Source: Candidatus Woesearchaeota archaeon
GTDB taxonomy: Archaea; Nanobdellota; Nanobdellia; Pacearchaeales; GW2011-AR1
Assembly (NCBI GenBank): GCA_964372385.1
Contig: CAYJQP010000002.1
Coordinates: 1 to 24,677, forward strand
DNA length: 24,677 nt
Direction: 5' to 3'
Part shown: positions 23,790-24,677 of the stretch, one piece after another
Position numbering within the stretch: the stretch's first letter is position 1
How the letters are laid out: each line of letters begins with the position of its first letter
Translations under genes and position numbers: made by a program
Notes under the pieces: generated by a model
What the model saw: the letters and a program-made list of their open reading frames with translations, nothing else
What the model was told of the DNA's origin: nothing
The model's database searches: none

Positions 23790-24536
23790 TTATGCAGCAA
23801 GAATGTCATCTAGTGTAGTAAATTCTATTATTTTTGTTTGCCCCGGTTCTGCTATAAACATTCCTTCTGGAGGCTGGAATTCTGGTTCCCCTGGAAATAC
23901 TCCTTTTTCTACTCTTCTCCACAATGGAAGAAGCTTTTCTTTAACTTCTTCTAATGTTACTTGGTTTACTCCCAGTATGTCAATATCTAATACCCCCATT
24001 GGTACTCTTCTTCCTTTGTAAGGCCCGCTCTTGTTTGGTTCTGATAATGTTAATAAAGCAATTTCAGTTGCACCATATTTTTCAACAATTTTATCGCATG
24101 TTACGTGTTGCGGGTCTTTTCTTACATCTTCTATTAACTGATGCTTACCCGTTAATATTGCTCTCCAGATTACGCCTCCCTGTTCTATTTTTATAGGGGA
24201 GCAGGCTTCTGTTCCTTGATGACATAATACTCTTATTTGCCTTGGATCTGCAGGATCTACTTGATATTGCCCAAAAAAAGGAACATAAAAGTAAGATAGC
24301 TTTTGTATTGGAGTAGCTTTTCTTTGCATAGATAATTCATCACTAACAATGAAATTAAAAGTTGTTGCAATTTCCGAAGCATAGACTCTCCCCCCAAGAT
24401 ATTTATCAACTCTTCCTTTAATTCCATCCCACATTTCTTCTCTTAATTCGTATGGAATTCTTTTTGTTGTTACTATTCTTCTTCTTGGGTATCCTCTTCC
24501 CGACCTTATCGGACTTGCACAATATGTACTTGCCAT
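23790..24536 (-). CDS. GAF-domain protein, free methionine-R-sulfoxide reductase (MsrC/fRMsr)-like
   Basis: QG..AC..I, GV, EDV...HVTCD, EI, GVLDID correspond to the YebR/MsrC motif series; N- and C-terminal extensions present. Confidence 0.75.
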   Translation of the reverse strand: MASTYCASPIRSGRGYPRRRIVTTKRIPYELREEMWDGIKGRVDKYLGGRVYASEIATTFNFIVSDELSMQRKATPIQKLSYFYVPFFGQYQVDPADPRQIRVLCHQGTEACSPIKIEQGGVIWRAILTGKHQLIEDVRKDPQHVTCDKIVEKYGATEIALLTLSEPNKSGPYKGRRVPMGVLDIDILGVNQVTLEEVKEKLLPLWRRVEKGVFPGEPEFQPPEGMFIAEPGQTKIIEFTTLDDILAA

Positions 24537-24566
24537 GGTTTTGCATGTATGTTCAGGTATATAAAT

Positions 24567-24677
24567 TTTTGTATATTGTTTGATATTTGTAGTGTCCGGA
24601 AATTATTTCGCCAGACACTAGGATTTAATCCAGAGTTCTTTTCTGAGCTTAGTATGACTAAGCTTACAAATACAAAA
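24567..24677. other. Hairpin cluster E3, probably truncated by the window edge
   Basis: 24590-24599/24611-24620 (10 bp, one G-U on minus), 24621-24624/24628-24631, 24646-24653/24657-24664 (8 bp), closing stem 24584-24591/24665-24672. Confidence 0.4.

Noticed and set aside
1019-24196. Many track ORFs antisense to or nested in clear genes (for example 1019-1378, 3435-3728, 4547-4966, 5728-6189, 7699-7999, 10030-10723, 12609-13208, 16612-16899, 20907-21275, 22612-22965, 23803-24196)
   Set aside because: They are shadows of well-supported genes on the opposite strand or frame, with Phe/Leu/Ser-rich composition and no motifs.
1-24677. CRISPR array, IS transposase, intein in MCM, alternative genetic code
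   Set aside because: None is supported: no spaced repeats, no transposase motifs, MCM is of normal length, and conserved genes are uninterrupted with all three stop codons in use.

Overview
AT-rich archaeal genome segment. The gene set (MCM, aIF-2beta, aRF1, aNAC, Sec61beta/SecG, archaeal ValRS and MinD, an intron-containing tRNA) and its compactness suggest a DPANN lineage such as Pacearchaeota/Woesearchaeota; this is inference and needs a phylogeny. Most minus-strand genes are replication or translation housekeeping genes, with short orphan ORFs interspersed, mostly on the plus strand. The right end carries a split bacterial-type MetRS locus: a catalytic gene, then HicB-HicA and an orphan, then one intact and one degenerate Trbp111-like gene, with an MsrC-like GAF gene upstream. 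The most unusual signal is non-coding: two ~230-nt arrays of abutting hairpins (6583-6809 and 20580-20811) share both terminal motifs and have complementary (kissing) loops. Most of their stem and loop mismatches read as G-U pairs on the minus strand, so they look like an unannotated structured RNA or DNA element family. A third hairpin cluster sits at the window end. Two genes are missing from the ORF track: SecG and a 22-aa Lys-rich peptide. Three housekeeping/orphan divergent spacers are each exactly 50 bp with a central TATA. All family calls come from motif recognition by eye; no database searches or folding calculations were run.
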